Shown one piece after another: positions 16,362 to 24,174 of a stretch of DNA of 64,000 nucleotides (its first letter is position 1; each line of letters begins with the position of its first letter). The stretch lies in the IMG/VR virus record IMGVR_UViG_3300020181_000012, positions 2,058 to 66,057 of that record; one strand, written 5' to 3'. Made by a program: the position numbers and the translations under genes. The DNA is from a virus. Lineage: Duplodnaviria > Caudoviricetes. Below the pieces are notes generated by a model that was not told the origin of the DNA, searched no databases, and saw only the letters and a list, made by a program, of their open reading frames with translations.

Positions 16362-16736
16362 ATGAAACCAATATCAGAAGAACTTAGAAATAGACTTAAA
16401 ACAGAAGATCCTAGTCCTGAATTAGTATTAGAACTTCTTAAAGAGACAAGTCCAGATGAGTATTGTACTCGTCATTGGTGTGAAGGAGAATTTGATAATC
16501 CGGATAAATGTTGTATATTAGGTAGAATAGGGTATGAAGTATCTAGAGATCCAGTATATAGTCTCAAGGCAGAACATTATAGATCTATGGCTAGATCGTA
16601 CAAGTGTAGTCTTTCATCTATTAATGATGGAACTTCTCCAAAATATCAACAAGCCACTCCTTATGAAAGAGTTAAAGCTGCAATGGAAGATTTAATTAAA
16701 CTAAAACAAGATGAAAACACTGAGAAAAGTAATTAA
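16362..16736 (+). CDS. Hypothetical phage protein
   Basis: HWCEG...KCCILGRIG...SINDG pattern typical of small phage Cys/His families. Confidence 0.65.
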   Translation: MKPISEELRNRLKTEDPSPELVLELLKETSPDEYCTRHWCEGEFDNPDKCCILGRIGYEVSRDPVYSLKAEHYRSMARSYKCSLSSINDGTSPKYQQATPYERVKAAMEDLIKLKQDENTEKSN

Positions 16737-17025
16737 TTGGATTATAACTCCCCCTTACAAAAGAATGTCCGAGCTTAATAGTAAAATACGTAGTATTATG
16801 TATTTACTTATATCTGAGGATATAACACCAACACATTTAGAAGTAGTAGATATAAGAGTGATTAAAAATACTAATACTAATATGATTATAAGAGTTAGTT
16901 TAGGTAGGCCTGAACTCCTAATAGGAGAAGAAGGTAAGACTATCAATAGACTTGTTAATCAACTAGCTAAGGTATTTAGAAAGAAAGTAGAAATACAGAT
17001 TAAGGAAGTAAATGTATGGCTGTAA
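16711..17025 (+). CDS. Type II KH-domain protein (ribosomal uS3-like)
   Basis: RPELLIGEEGKTINRL...KVEIQIKEV matches the uS3 KH pattern RPG.(L/V)IG..G..I..L. Confidence 0.75.
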   Translation: MKTLRKVINWIITPPYKRMSELNSKIRSIMYLLISEDITPTHLEVVDIRVIKNTNTNMIIRVSLGRPELLIGEEGKTINRLVNQLAKVFRKKVEIQIKEVNVWL

Positions 17026-17294
17026 GAACACCTAAAACTATTAATGGATTAGTAAAAGCTATTGAACAGCATGCTGCTATTAGTGGTGGAGTAATAAGAG
17101 AAATATGGAGATGTAATGCTGGATGGGGAATAATATATTCTCTAACTCCTATAGCTATGCAAAGAGCTAAATATGGAAATATAATAGTATATGGATATTA
17201 TCCTACTCTAGAACAATGTATTAAGGAAGAATATAAAAGAATAGTATTAAGGCAAAAAGTAAAAGGCGGTGAAGCCGAATGGGTAATTAAATAA
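17016..17294 (+). CDS. Hypothetical protein
   Basis: In-operon ORF. Confidence 0.6.
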   Translation: MAVRTPKTINGLVKAIEQHAAISGGVIREIWRCNAGWGIIYSLTPIAMQRAKYGNIIVYGYYPTLEQCIKEEYKRIVLRQKVKGGEAEWVIK

Positions 17295-17317
17295 TTTCAC
17301 AATATAAATATCACAAT

Positions 17318-17596
17318 ATGTCAGCATCAATAAATAGACTATCAAATAGTCTACAATCAGTTCAAGATATAATTATTGGTATATATGTAGATCCAACTAA
17401 AAGGATTGAACTTATAGTATCAAAAGGAGATTATACCTTTAAAACAGTTAGTGTTGGATCTCTATTTGGATTATCTATTAGTAATTATCCCTTAAATAGA
17501 GTCATACATTTATTTCCTGATAACAAAACACTATCGGAAATGATGCAAGATCCTATAGAGTTTGATAAATGGTGTAAAGAGAACATTAACATATAA
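17318..17596 (+). CDS. Hypothetical protein
   Basis: Preceded by a tandem TCACAATAT motif. Confidence 0.65.
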   Translation: MSASINRLSNSLQSVQDIIIGIYVDPTKRIELIVSKGDYTFKTVSVGSLFGLSISNYPLNRVIHLFPDNKTLSEMMQDPIEFDKWCKENINI

Positions 17597-17606
17597 TTAT
17601 CACAAT

Positions 17607-18431
17607 ATGAAAAACAATAACAAAGTAATTGGACAAGAGGTACTAATTAAAGAAGTTAATAAAATATTAGAAATATTTAAGGCTTCTAAATGTACTGTTA
17701 GACCACATTTTATATTAACTGGACCATCAGGTAGTGGTAAATCATTTACCATTAAGAATCTAGCTCAAGAGAATGAATTAGGATTCTTAGAAATTAATGC
17801 TGCACAGCTAACTAAAGAAGGTACATCAGGTAATAGTTTATCTAAGGCTCTATCTCCATTATCACAATTAGGTTCTAAACCATGTATTGTATTTGTAGAT
17901 GAATTTGATAAGCTATTTATATCTGGTAATTCTAATGATAGTGCTGCACATGAAAGTACAACAGGAGTTCAGAATGAATTCCTTAAAGTATTAGAGTCAG
18001 ATACAGCTAGTGTATTCGGTGATTATGGTAAATACATTAATGTGCCAATTAAGAATGTATTATTTATATTTGCTGGTGCATTTAATGGTGAAGAGAATAT
18101 AAGTCTTGATAGACTAAGAGAAATAGGTCTAAAGACTGAATTTCTTGGTAGAGTGGGATTAGTATATAATACTATGCCTTTAACTCTTGATTCATTGTAT
18201 GCTATTATAGATAAATCTGAACTTTTAAGCAAATATCTTGAATTATTTGAAGGTGTAGATAGAGAGCAAGTTACATACGAGCTTAAAGCCTATATTAAAA
18301 GAAATTATGAGATGAATACGCTAGGAGCTAGATTAATCAATACACTTATTCATCAGTATTTCATCAAAGGTGGAAAACTAGGTGAAGAAGAAGTAAAAGA
18401 TATGTCTTTTCAGAAGAAGCTAAAGATGTAA
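17607..18431 (+). CDS. ClpX/HslU-clade AAA+ ATPase, minimal form
   Basis: VIGQE, GPSGSGKS, FVDEFDK, GVQNEFLKVLE, FIFAGAF, GLKTEFLGRV, LGAR; start at 17607 (TATCACAAT-ATG). Confidence 0.85.
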   Translation: MKNNNKVIGQEVLIKEVNKILEIFKASKCTVRPHFILTGPSGSGKSFTIKNLAQENELGFLEINAAQLTKEGTSGNSLSKALSPLSQLGSKPCIVFVDEFDKLFISGNSNDSAAHESTTGVQNEFLKVLESDTASVFGDYGKYINVPIKNVLFIFAGAFNGEENISLDRLREIGLKTEFLGRVGLVYNTMPLTLDSLYAIIDKSELLSKYLELFEGVDREQVTYELKAYIKRNYEMNTLGARLINTLIHQYFIKGGKLGEEEVKDMSFQKKLKM

Positions 18432-18598
18432 TGAAAGAGGGATTATACATAAATGAGTATAATGAACTAATAGAAATCATCAACACCTTTGAAGATACTT
18501 ATGTAGAGTATGTAGTAAGAGGTGTTGATGAATATAAAGTTAATACAATAGTAAGCTATTTATTTTTTACTTATGCAATAGATTATGAAAACAGATAA
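18431..18598 (+). CDS. 55-aa hypothetical protein
   Basis: Hand-found ORF coupled to the AAA gene stop (TAATG). Confidence 0.5.
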   Translation: MKEGLYINEYNELIEIINTFEDTYVEYVVRGVDEYKVNTIVSYLFFTYAIDYENR

Positions 18599-19101
18599 AC
18601 AAAAATATAGATTAGGAAGAAAAGAATCTAGAGTAATTCTTACTAATGATGGAACAGTAGAAGTAGCTGCAGTATCATTTACGAAAGGTCATGAAGTATT
18701 AGCTAAGAAAGTAGTGGATATTCTAAATAGTGAAATTGTAGATAAGAAAGAATATTATATGTTCTGCTATATATTTCAATGATGGTAATAAATATCCTCA
18801 CCAACCTAAGAACATTAGTCATGGATTTGTAATTACTGGAAGAAGACATAACAATTGTTATGCTACTCTTCAATCAATTGGCACAACTCTTGGTATTGAA
18901 GGAATAGTGAAGAAGAAACTAGGAGATAGAATAGATAGAGATCGTCAAGGTTTTCTTACTAATCTCGATAGATTTGTTGATAGAAAAGAAGCTATGAAGA
19001 TAGCTAAAAGTGCTAATCAATTATTACGTCCTGAATTTCATGAGGATAATGATGATGCTATACTAACAAGTGAGGATCTTTATAGTGAAGATCTGTATTA
19101 G
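18585..19101 (+). pseudogene. Frameshifted two-part gene
   Basis: The frame of 18907-19101 is open back to 18742 (IICSAIYFNDG...HQPKNI...GRRHNNC) with no ATG, overlapping the end of 18585-18782. Confidence 0.55.
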
Positions 19102-19170
19102 CAATATAAGATATAACAAAATAAAAAATTAAGAAAATTATTTTACAACTTAAATAAACTATGTAATTTT

Positions 19171-19470
19171 ATGTGTCGAAAATCAAGAAACTTTAAAGGT
19201 CTTAAAGACCTAGACATTGATGCACTTACAATAGATAGAGGAATACCTATTCCTTATTGTAGAAAACCTCAAGATAGTAACTCAGCTAAATTAAGAGAAA
19301 AACTATCTAAACTAAAGGGTACAGGATCAATTTTTATACCTGTAAAACACAAAGAAGCTAGTTCTATAATAACTGCTGTATATGCACAGGCTAAGAAAGC
19401 TGAAATTAAAGTAACAATTAAAAGTGTAAAAGAAGGTAAGTCTGAAGGTATTCGTATCTGGAAGGCTTAA
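19171..19470 (+). CDS. Small phage DNA-binding-like protein (I.K.IP...GIRIW family)
   Basis: IDRGIPIP...GIRIWKA; paralog at 29215. Confidence 0.65.
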   Translation: MCRKSRNFKGLKDLDIDALTIDRGIPIPYCRKPQDSNSAKLREKLSKLKGTGSIFIPVKHKEASSIITAVYAQAKKAEIKVTIKSVKEGKSEGIRIWKA

Positions 19471-19472
19471 AC

Positions 19473-19522
19473 AATAGATAACTATTCTCGGTGATTAACA
19501 ACAAGTCGTTGGGTTATCTATT
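19473..19522 (+). other. Intergenic stem-loop
   Basis: AATAGATAAC/GTTATCTATT 10-bp stem. Confidence 0.6.
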
Positions 19523-19537
19523 TAAACTTAAACAAAT

Positions 19538-19903
19538 ATGACAAATATAAAGAAAAAGAAAAGGAGTATAACTATATTCCTAAACATAATGCTAGTTGTT
19601 ACTTTAACAACATCTCTACTTTTTGATCCTGTACTTAGACATTTTAATCTTCAGAATGAAATTAATGGTATTATGCATTATTTTATAATTGCATCAGAAT
19701 TATTAATAATAGTAATACTATCTTGTGAATACGGAAAGTATGCATATATATTAACTATTACTAGTGTTAATCTTACTAATAAGGTTAAAAGAATAGAGGC
19801 AGAAATAACTGATAAATACGGAGACAAAATAATTTTTCAGGTTAAGGATTATAATATAAATGTGGATACAGATGAATACGACGAAGAACTCTACAAAAAC
19901 TAA
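19538..19903 (+). CDS. Two-TM membrane protein
   Basis: Two hydrophobic segments, acidic tail. Confidence 0.65.
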   Translation: MTNIKKKKRSITIFLNIMLVVTLTTSLLFDPVLRHFNLQNEINGIMHYFIIASELLIIVILSCEYGKYAYILTITSVNLTNKVKRIEAEITDKYGDKIIFQVKDYNINVDTDEYDEELYKN

Positions 19904-20054
19904 TCTATATGTTATAGATTACTATTTAAATGGTAGAGTAAAAGAAACTATTAATCTTGATAAACCATGTAATATATTTATTACTCAATCCAAGATTAAG
20001 GAGTTATCTAACTCTACTCATAAATTAGGGAAACTAATTAAAAGAAAAATATGA
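19860..20054 (+). CDS. Hypothetical protein
   Basis: In-operon ORF. Confidence 0.5.
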   Translation: MWIQMNTTKNSTKTNLYVIDYYLNGRVKETINLDKPCNIFITQSKIKELSNSTHKLGKLIKRKI

Positions 20055-21175
20055 AAGATGAAGAAAAAGATTTATATGAAATAGGTACTAAGGTAGCTAT
20101 TCCTCTGACTAAAAGAGGGAAGAATATTGATGAAGATTGTACTTCTATTAAAGGAGCTAAAAACAAAGGACAAGATTTCTTATATTATAGAGGACAAGAT
20201 ACTGATTTTCATGGTATTAAGATTCATCTTCTATCTTTTGAAGAAAATGGAGGAGGGGATTTCTTTGATAGAGAAGAAGTAATAGATGCTAGAATAAGAT
20301 ATTTAGAAAGATTTGGTTCAATTCCTAGAAGTAAAAGCAAATCTCGAATCCAAAACAGGTCAGGAGTCTTATTATTTCCTTTTAATACTAAAGTAGCATT
20401 TCCTAAAACTAAAAAAGGAAAAAAGATAGATTCTCTAGGAAAGGATAAAGATGGTAATATAATATGTAATGGAATTAGAGACGCTTCCAAAAATGAACAA
20501 TATTTTCTTTATTATAAAGGAATAGATGAAGAGGGAGAACACATGTTGTGGCATATTAAAGAAAATAAATATGGTAATTATTACAGTATAGAAGAGATAA
20601 GAGAAGCCAGAGCTGAGTATCTTAAAAGAAGAGATCAAAGAGTAGATACAATTACTGAGGAACATTCTACAAAAGATAGTCCAATGATAGCATCTAATTA
20701 TTCTATACAAGCTGTTAATTCTCTATTTAATATGGAAGAAATTCAGAAAAGTATAGAGAGATTAAGTCCAGGTATATATAAAGATGTAAAAATACAGGAT
20801 CATTCTTATATAACCACAGGTAGATGTTCTGGTAAATCTTGGTATTACGAACAAGAGAAAAGAGTTCTGAAAGAGTACGGTGAAGAATTATATAAAATGT
20901 TATCAAAATATACTCATAAAGCTAAATCTCCTTGGGATTATGATTTAATACAGGAGATGGAAGATGAAGCAAAATGGTATAATAAATCTATGCCAGGAAA
21001 AGGATTATCAACTTTTAAGGTTAGATTTGATGAAGCTTATTTTCCTTATCAAGCTAATGTTCATTTTGCTTCTACTGGATCTGGTAAAAGCATGACTATT
21101 CACAATTATATCTTTGGATATGATCCATGTGATAAAACTAATGAATTAAACGAAGAATTATTACTAATTTACTAA
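20051..21175 (+). CDS. Mosaic protein with tandem N-terminal repeat
   Basis: TKVA.P.TK.GK.I...FLYY.G.D...EE...AR..YL.R occurs twice; the C-terminus has P-loop-like fragments. Confidence 0.75.
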   Translation: MKDEEKDLYEIGTKVAIPLTKRGKNIDEDCTSIKGAKNKGQDFLYYRGQDTDFHGIKIHLLSFEENGGGDFFDREEVIDARIRYLERFGSIPRSKSKSRIQNRSGVLLFPFNTKVAFPKTKKGKKIDSLGKDKDGNIICNGIRDASKNEQYFLYYKGIDEEGEHMLWHIKENKYGNYYSIEEIREARAEYLKRRDQRVDTITEEHSTKDSPMIASNYSIQAVNSLFNMEEIQKSIERLSPGIYKDVKIQDHSYITTGRCSGKSWYYEQEKRVLKEYGEELYKMLSKYTHKAKSPWDYDLIQEMEDEAKWYNKSMPGKGLSTFKVRFDEAYFPYQANVHFASTGSGKSMTIHNYIFGYDPCDKTNELNEELLLIY

Positions 21176-21192
21176 CTTAAACAAAATAAAAC

Positions 21193-21456
21193 ATGAAGTA
21201 CATTGAAAGACTAGCACAAGATAAAGATCAAATTAAAAAAGAAACAAGAGAATTTGATAATAAGATAGCTAAAGCTGATGCTGAAAAAGAAATAGCGGGT
21301 CTTGAACTTGATATTATTACTCTTGAACAAGAAATTAATGGAATAATGAAGGCAAAACCTTTCATTCTTCTTAATGTAGTTAAGGCTCAGGAAAAACTAA
21401 AAATCCTTAAAGGAAGATTAGAAAGAGCTAATGAAGTAATGACTGAATTGTTCTAA
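21193..21456 (+). CDS. Coiled-coil protein
   Basis: Heptad-rich E/K/L sequence. Confidence 0.7.
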   Translation: MKYIERLAQDKDQIKKETREFDNKIAKADAEKEIAGLELDIITLEQEINGIMKAKPFILLNVVKAQEKLKILKGRLERANEVMTELF

Positions 21457-21473
21457 TGATACTCCTTCTCATA

Positions 21474-21519
21474 TGTAAAACAGTAGTGCTATTTATAGCA
21501 TTACTGTTTACTTTACATG
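21474..21519. terminator. Long hairpin, terminator or processing site
   Basis: AAACAGTAGTGCTA-ttt-ATAGCATTACTGTTT, about 14 bp. Confidence 0.6.
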
Positions 21520-21533
21520 GTATCTTGGAAATA

Positions 21534-21629
21534 ATGTCAGATAGAATAAGATACAAAAAATTACTGTTTACAGGAATTATGTGGGTATCTATATCTTGGG
21601 CATTATTTTACTTCTTAAGTAACTTATAG
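21534..21629 (+). CDS. 31-aa single-TM peptide
   Basis: MSDRIRYKKLLFTGIMWVSISWALFYFLSNL. Confidence 0.5.
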   Translation: MSDRIRYKKLLFTGIMWVSISWALFYFLSNL

Positions 21630-21632
21630 TTA

Positions 21633-21663
21633 TTGCATTTTACAACATAAAGTAATATATTTT
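21633..21663 (+). promoter_or_regulatory. Possible Bacteroidota-type promoter (variant)
   Basis: TTG-N20-TATATTTT versus the consensus TTTG-N19-21-TAnnTTTG. Confidence 0.3.
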
Positions 21664-21680
21664 CACAAAATTATAAAACT

Positions 21681-21959
21681 ATGAAAAAGACAAAAAATCT
21701 TACAATTGGAGTAGCTATATTACTTCTATGTATATTTACTACCGTAGCTTTAGGTACAACAAGAGTTATAGATAAGAATCTATTTATGGGTTTATTTATG
21801 TCTCTACTAATGATTAGTATAGTATATGGATCTTATGTGATAAGAATACTCATTACTAATTCAATACTAGAAGGTAAAAGAGGAGAAAGAAGATTGAAGA
21901 AGTATTATGAGGAAGGATATACTCATGTAAGTGAATACAATGAATATCAAATATTTTAA
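21681..21959 (+). CDS. Two-TM membrane protein
   Basis: Two hydrophobic helices. Confidence 0.65.
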   Translation: MKKTKNLTIGVAILLLCIFTTVALGTTRVIDKNLFMGLFMSLLMISIVYGSYVIRILITNSILEGKRGERRLKKYYEEGYTHVSEYNEYQIF

Positions 21960-21968
21960 ATAACTATT

Positions 21969-22313
21969 ATGAAAAATCTACTAGAGGAAACAATAAGGAT
22001 ATTAAAAAGTAATAATAAATCAGAAGAAGATGTACTATGGGTTGGAAATACTAAGATTAAAACTACATGGGAAAACTTTAAGGATATTTCTGATATGGAA
22101 TATGATAGTGGATTTGGAGGTCAAGAAGTCGCTACTGATTTACTAATTGTTGGTAAAGATTGGTGGCTTGAGAGACATGAATATGATGGTTCTGAATAGT
22201 GGGAGTTTAAACAACTTCCAGTAGAGCCTATAGAATCAGTAGAACTTAAAACAGTAATGGGAGGTTCGTGGGATTCTTTAGGAAGATTAAATAATTTGGA
22301 TCTCAATGACTAG
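21969..22313 (+). pseudogene. Phage protein interrupted by in-frame TAG at 22197-22199
   Basis: ...WWLERHEYDGSE-TAG-WEFKQLP... the frame continues for 37 codons. Confidence 0.6.
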
Positions 22314-22338
22314 TGTTATGAAAAGGTAAAATTAATAT

Positions 22339-22605
22339 ATGCTTAAGACAGATAATAAAAAAGGGATCTCCTTCGTAAGGGTGATCCCTTTTTTGAATAT
22401 AGAATTTAAGGTAAAGTTGGCTAATGAAGAACTAGATATAAGAGATCACTTTGATCTACACACAGAGAATGCTTATACTACATTTCTATCTTTAATAAAA
22501 GATGATGTAAAACAATATTATAAAAATAAAGGTATAGATATACCTAAAAAGAAAGTGCAGCCTAAAGGAGATTCTGGCTGGATAAATAGAATCTTCAAAA
22601 AGTAA
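22339..22605 (+). CDS. Hypothetical protein
   Basis: In-operon ORF. Confidence 0.6.
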   Translation: MLKTDNKKGISFVRVIPFLNIEFKVKLANEELDIRDHFDLHTENAYTTFLSLIKDDVKQYYKNKGIDIPKKKVQPKGDSGWINRIFKK

Positions 22606-22641
22606 ATCAATTAATGTTTAACAATTTAAATTTTTAACAAA

Positions 22642-23145
22642 ATGAAAAAAGTAATTAGAGTAACCAAAGTAAGTGAAGTAAAACAAGACAATGGTGCAAA
22701 ACAAGAACACAGGAATTACAAAACTATTTCCTTTTCTACCCCAAGTGTAGAAGCAGTTCCAGATGGTTTTGGTGGTGTTATCCAAGCTGCTGTTAAACCA
22801 AGGGAAACATCTATTAATGTATATGAGAAATCATATCTTGACAATAAGATGGAATTTGGTTACGATGCTAAAGTAGGAGATGCATTCCTTGGAGATATTG
22901 TAACTCGTATGGTAACTCCTTATGCTATTCCTTCTAATAAGGAGGGAGAAGAGGATAAAATAGTAAATGCTTATACTACTATTGTTCTTGGAGATACTTC
23001 CAGTCCAAATTGGGAATCTATTGTTAAGGCTACTTTCAGAGCTAAAGGACATGAGCTACGTACTCCTGCACCTACTAATTTCTCTATTGCTAGAGATAGT
23101 GAAGCAGATCTAGCTAATTTTGAAAGTAAAAAGATAGTATTCTAA
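22642..23145 (+). CDS. Hypothetical beta-rich protein, likely abundant
   Basis: Strong A-rich leader, biased codons, own terminator. Confidence 0.75.
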   Translation: MKKVIRVTKVSEVKQDNGAKQEHRNYKTISFSTPSVEAVPDGFGGVIQAAVKPRETSINVYEKSYLDNKMEFGYDAKVGDAFLGDIVTRMVTPYAIPSNKEGEEDKIVNAYTTIVLGDTSSPNWESIVKATFRAKGHELRTPAPTNFSIARDSEADLANFESKKIVF

Positions 23146-23164
23146 ATACTAATCAATCAGTTCA

Positions 23165-23197
23165 CCCCTCTAGGCTTAACGGCTTAGAGGGTTATTT
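23165..23197 (+). terminator. Rho-independent terminator
   Basis: CCCCTCTAGGC-ttaacg-GCTTAGAGGGG then ttattt. Confidence 0.7.
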
Positions 23198-23226
23198 AAA
23201 ATTTCACACTTTAAAAGGATACAAAT

Positions 23227-23814
23227 ATGATAACCGAAAAAGTTAAAAACTTCTCTATAGCTAGAGGAGAAATGCGATTCAAAGCTAATGAGCTTACTTT
23301 TGATACAACAGGCAAGAAATCTAAGCCTATGATTGGTCTTTCTCATGGAGAAAAAATCAATCAAGTACATAAAAGACAAAGACAATTTGTAGAGAATATA
23401 AAACTTATTTTTGGCCTTACAAAAAAGAAGAAATTTGTTTCCGAAGAAAGAGCTGAAGATTTAGATAAAGTAATTGAGAGAACTAGAGTTAGGAATAGAA
23501 TCCTACTCGTAGAAATTGCTAAATTTAGAACTTCTGCAAAATTGGAAAATCAGCCTGAAATAGAAGATGCAAAAGAGTATACTGAATTCTTATCTGAGAA
23601 GGTAGATAAAGGTATAGATACACTAGTTAAAAGTAATGCATTAGAAATGGTATATTCTGATCTAATGAATTATGTACTATTGGAAAATCCGGAATTTTTT
23701 AGTAGGTTTATGAGGCAAGCACTTATACAGAGTACAACAGATACACTTGTAGGTTTTGTTACTCCTATACTTGCAGATCATGGATTCAAGGTATCAAGAG
23801 TAGAACAAGATTAA
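23227..23814 (+). CDS. Hypothetical helical protein
   Basis: 195-aa ORF. Confidence 0.75.
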   Translation: MITEKVKNFSIARGEMRFKANELTFDTTGKKSKPMIGLSHGEKINQVHKRQRQFVENIKLIFGLTKKKKFVSEERAEDLDKVIERTRVRNRILLVEIAKFRTSAKLENQPEIEDAKEYTEFLSEKVDKGIDTLVKSNALEMVYSDLMNYVLLENPEFFSRFMRQALIQSTTDTLVGFVTPILADHGFKVSRVEQD

Positions 23815-23817
23815 GAA

Positions 23818-23866
23818 TATGTAAGAGTAACTGATAGATCAATGCTATCAGTTACTTTCTTACATA
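23818..23866. terminator. Bidirectional hairpin terminator
   Basis: TATGTAAGA-GTAACTGATAG-loop-CTATCAGTTAC-tt-TCTTACATA, 20 bp, between convergent genes. Confidence 0.7.
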
Positions 23867-23886
23867 GATAGCTAGTTGGAAAAGAG

Positions 23887-24015
23887 TTAAAAGATGTAGA
23901 AGCCTTTCTTAGAAAGAAAGATAGCATTTTTTATCTGCTTCATTTTAGACTGCTTCACAGTAATATCCTTATTGCTGTTAGCTTTGATTGCAGGTTTTGT
24001 TAGAGTTGTTTCCAT
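23887..24015 (-). CDS. 42-aa antisense basic peptide (paralog of 11974-12069)
   Basis: METTLTKPAIKANSNKDITVKQSKMKQIKNAIFLSKKGFYIF; has its own promoter and terminator. Confidence 0.65.
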   Translation of the reverse strand: METTLTKPAIKANSNKDITVKQSKMKQIKNAIFLSKKGFYIF

Positions 24016-24060
24016 ATATTGTTAACTTATGAGTTCCGAAATTGTTTCTGATTACTTAAA

Positions 24061-24091
24061 CAAATTTAGAACATTTTTTACAGCTTGCAAA
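24061..24091 (-). promoter_or_regulatory. Consensus Bacteroidota housekeeping-sigma promoter
   Basis: Minus strand TTTG (24091-24088), 19 nt, TAAATTTG (24068-24061): exact TTTG-N19-TAnnTTTG. Confidence 0.75.
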
Positions 24092-24174
24092 GAAATAGAA
24101 TAAAAACTTTCATTAAAAGGTAAGGAATGTGTTAAATTCTTAATAAAGTGCTAATACATATTTAAAATATAATA

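Larger units (their letters stand above)
12437..17608 (+). repeat. Dispersed TATCACAATAT leader motif
   Basis: Exact copies at 12437, 13088, 14787, 15416, 17309, 17598; variants at 15097 and 17295; each 0-25 nt before an ATG. Confidence 0.85.
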
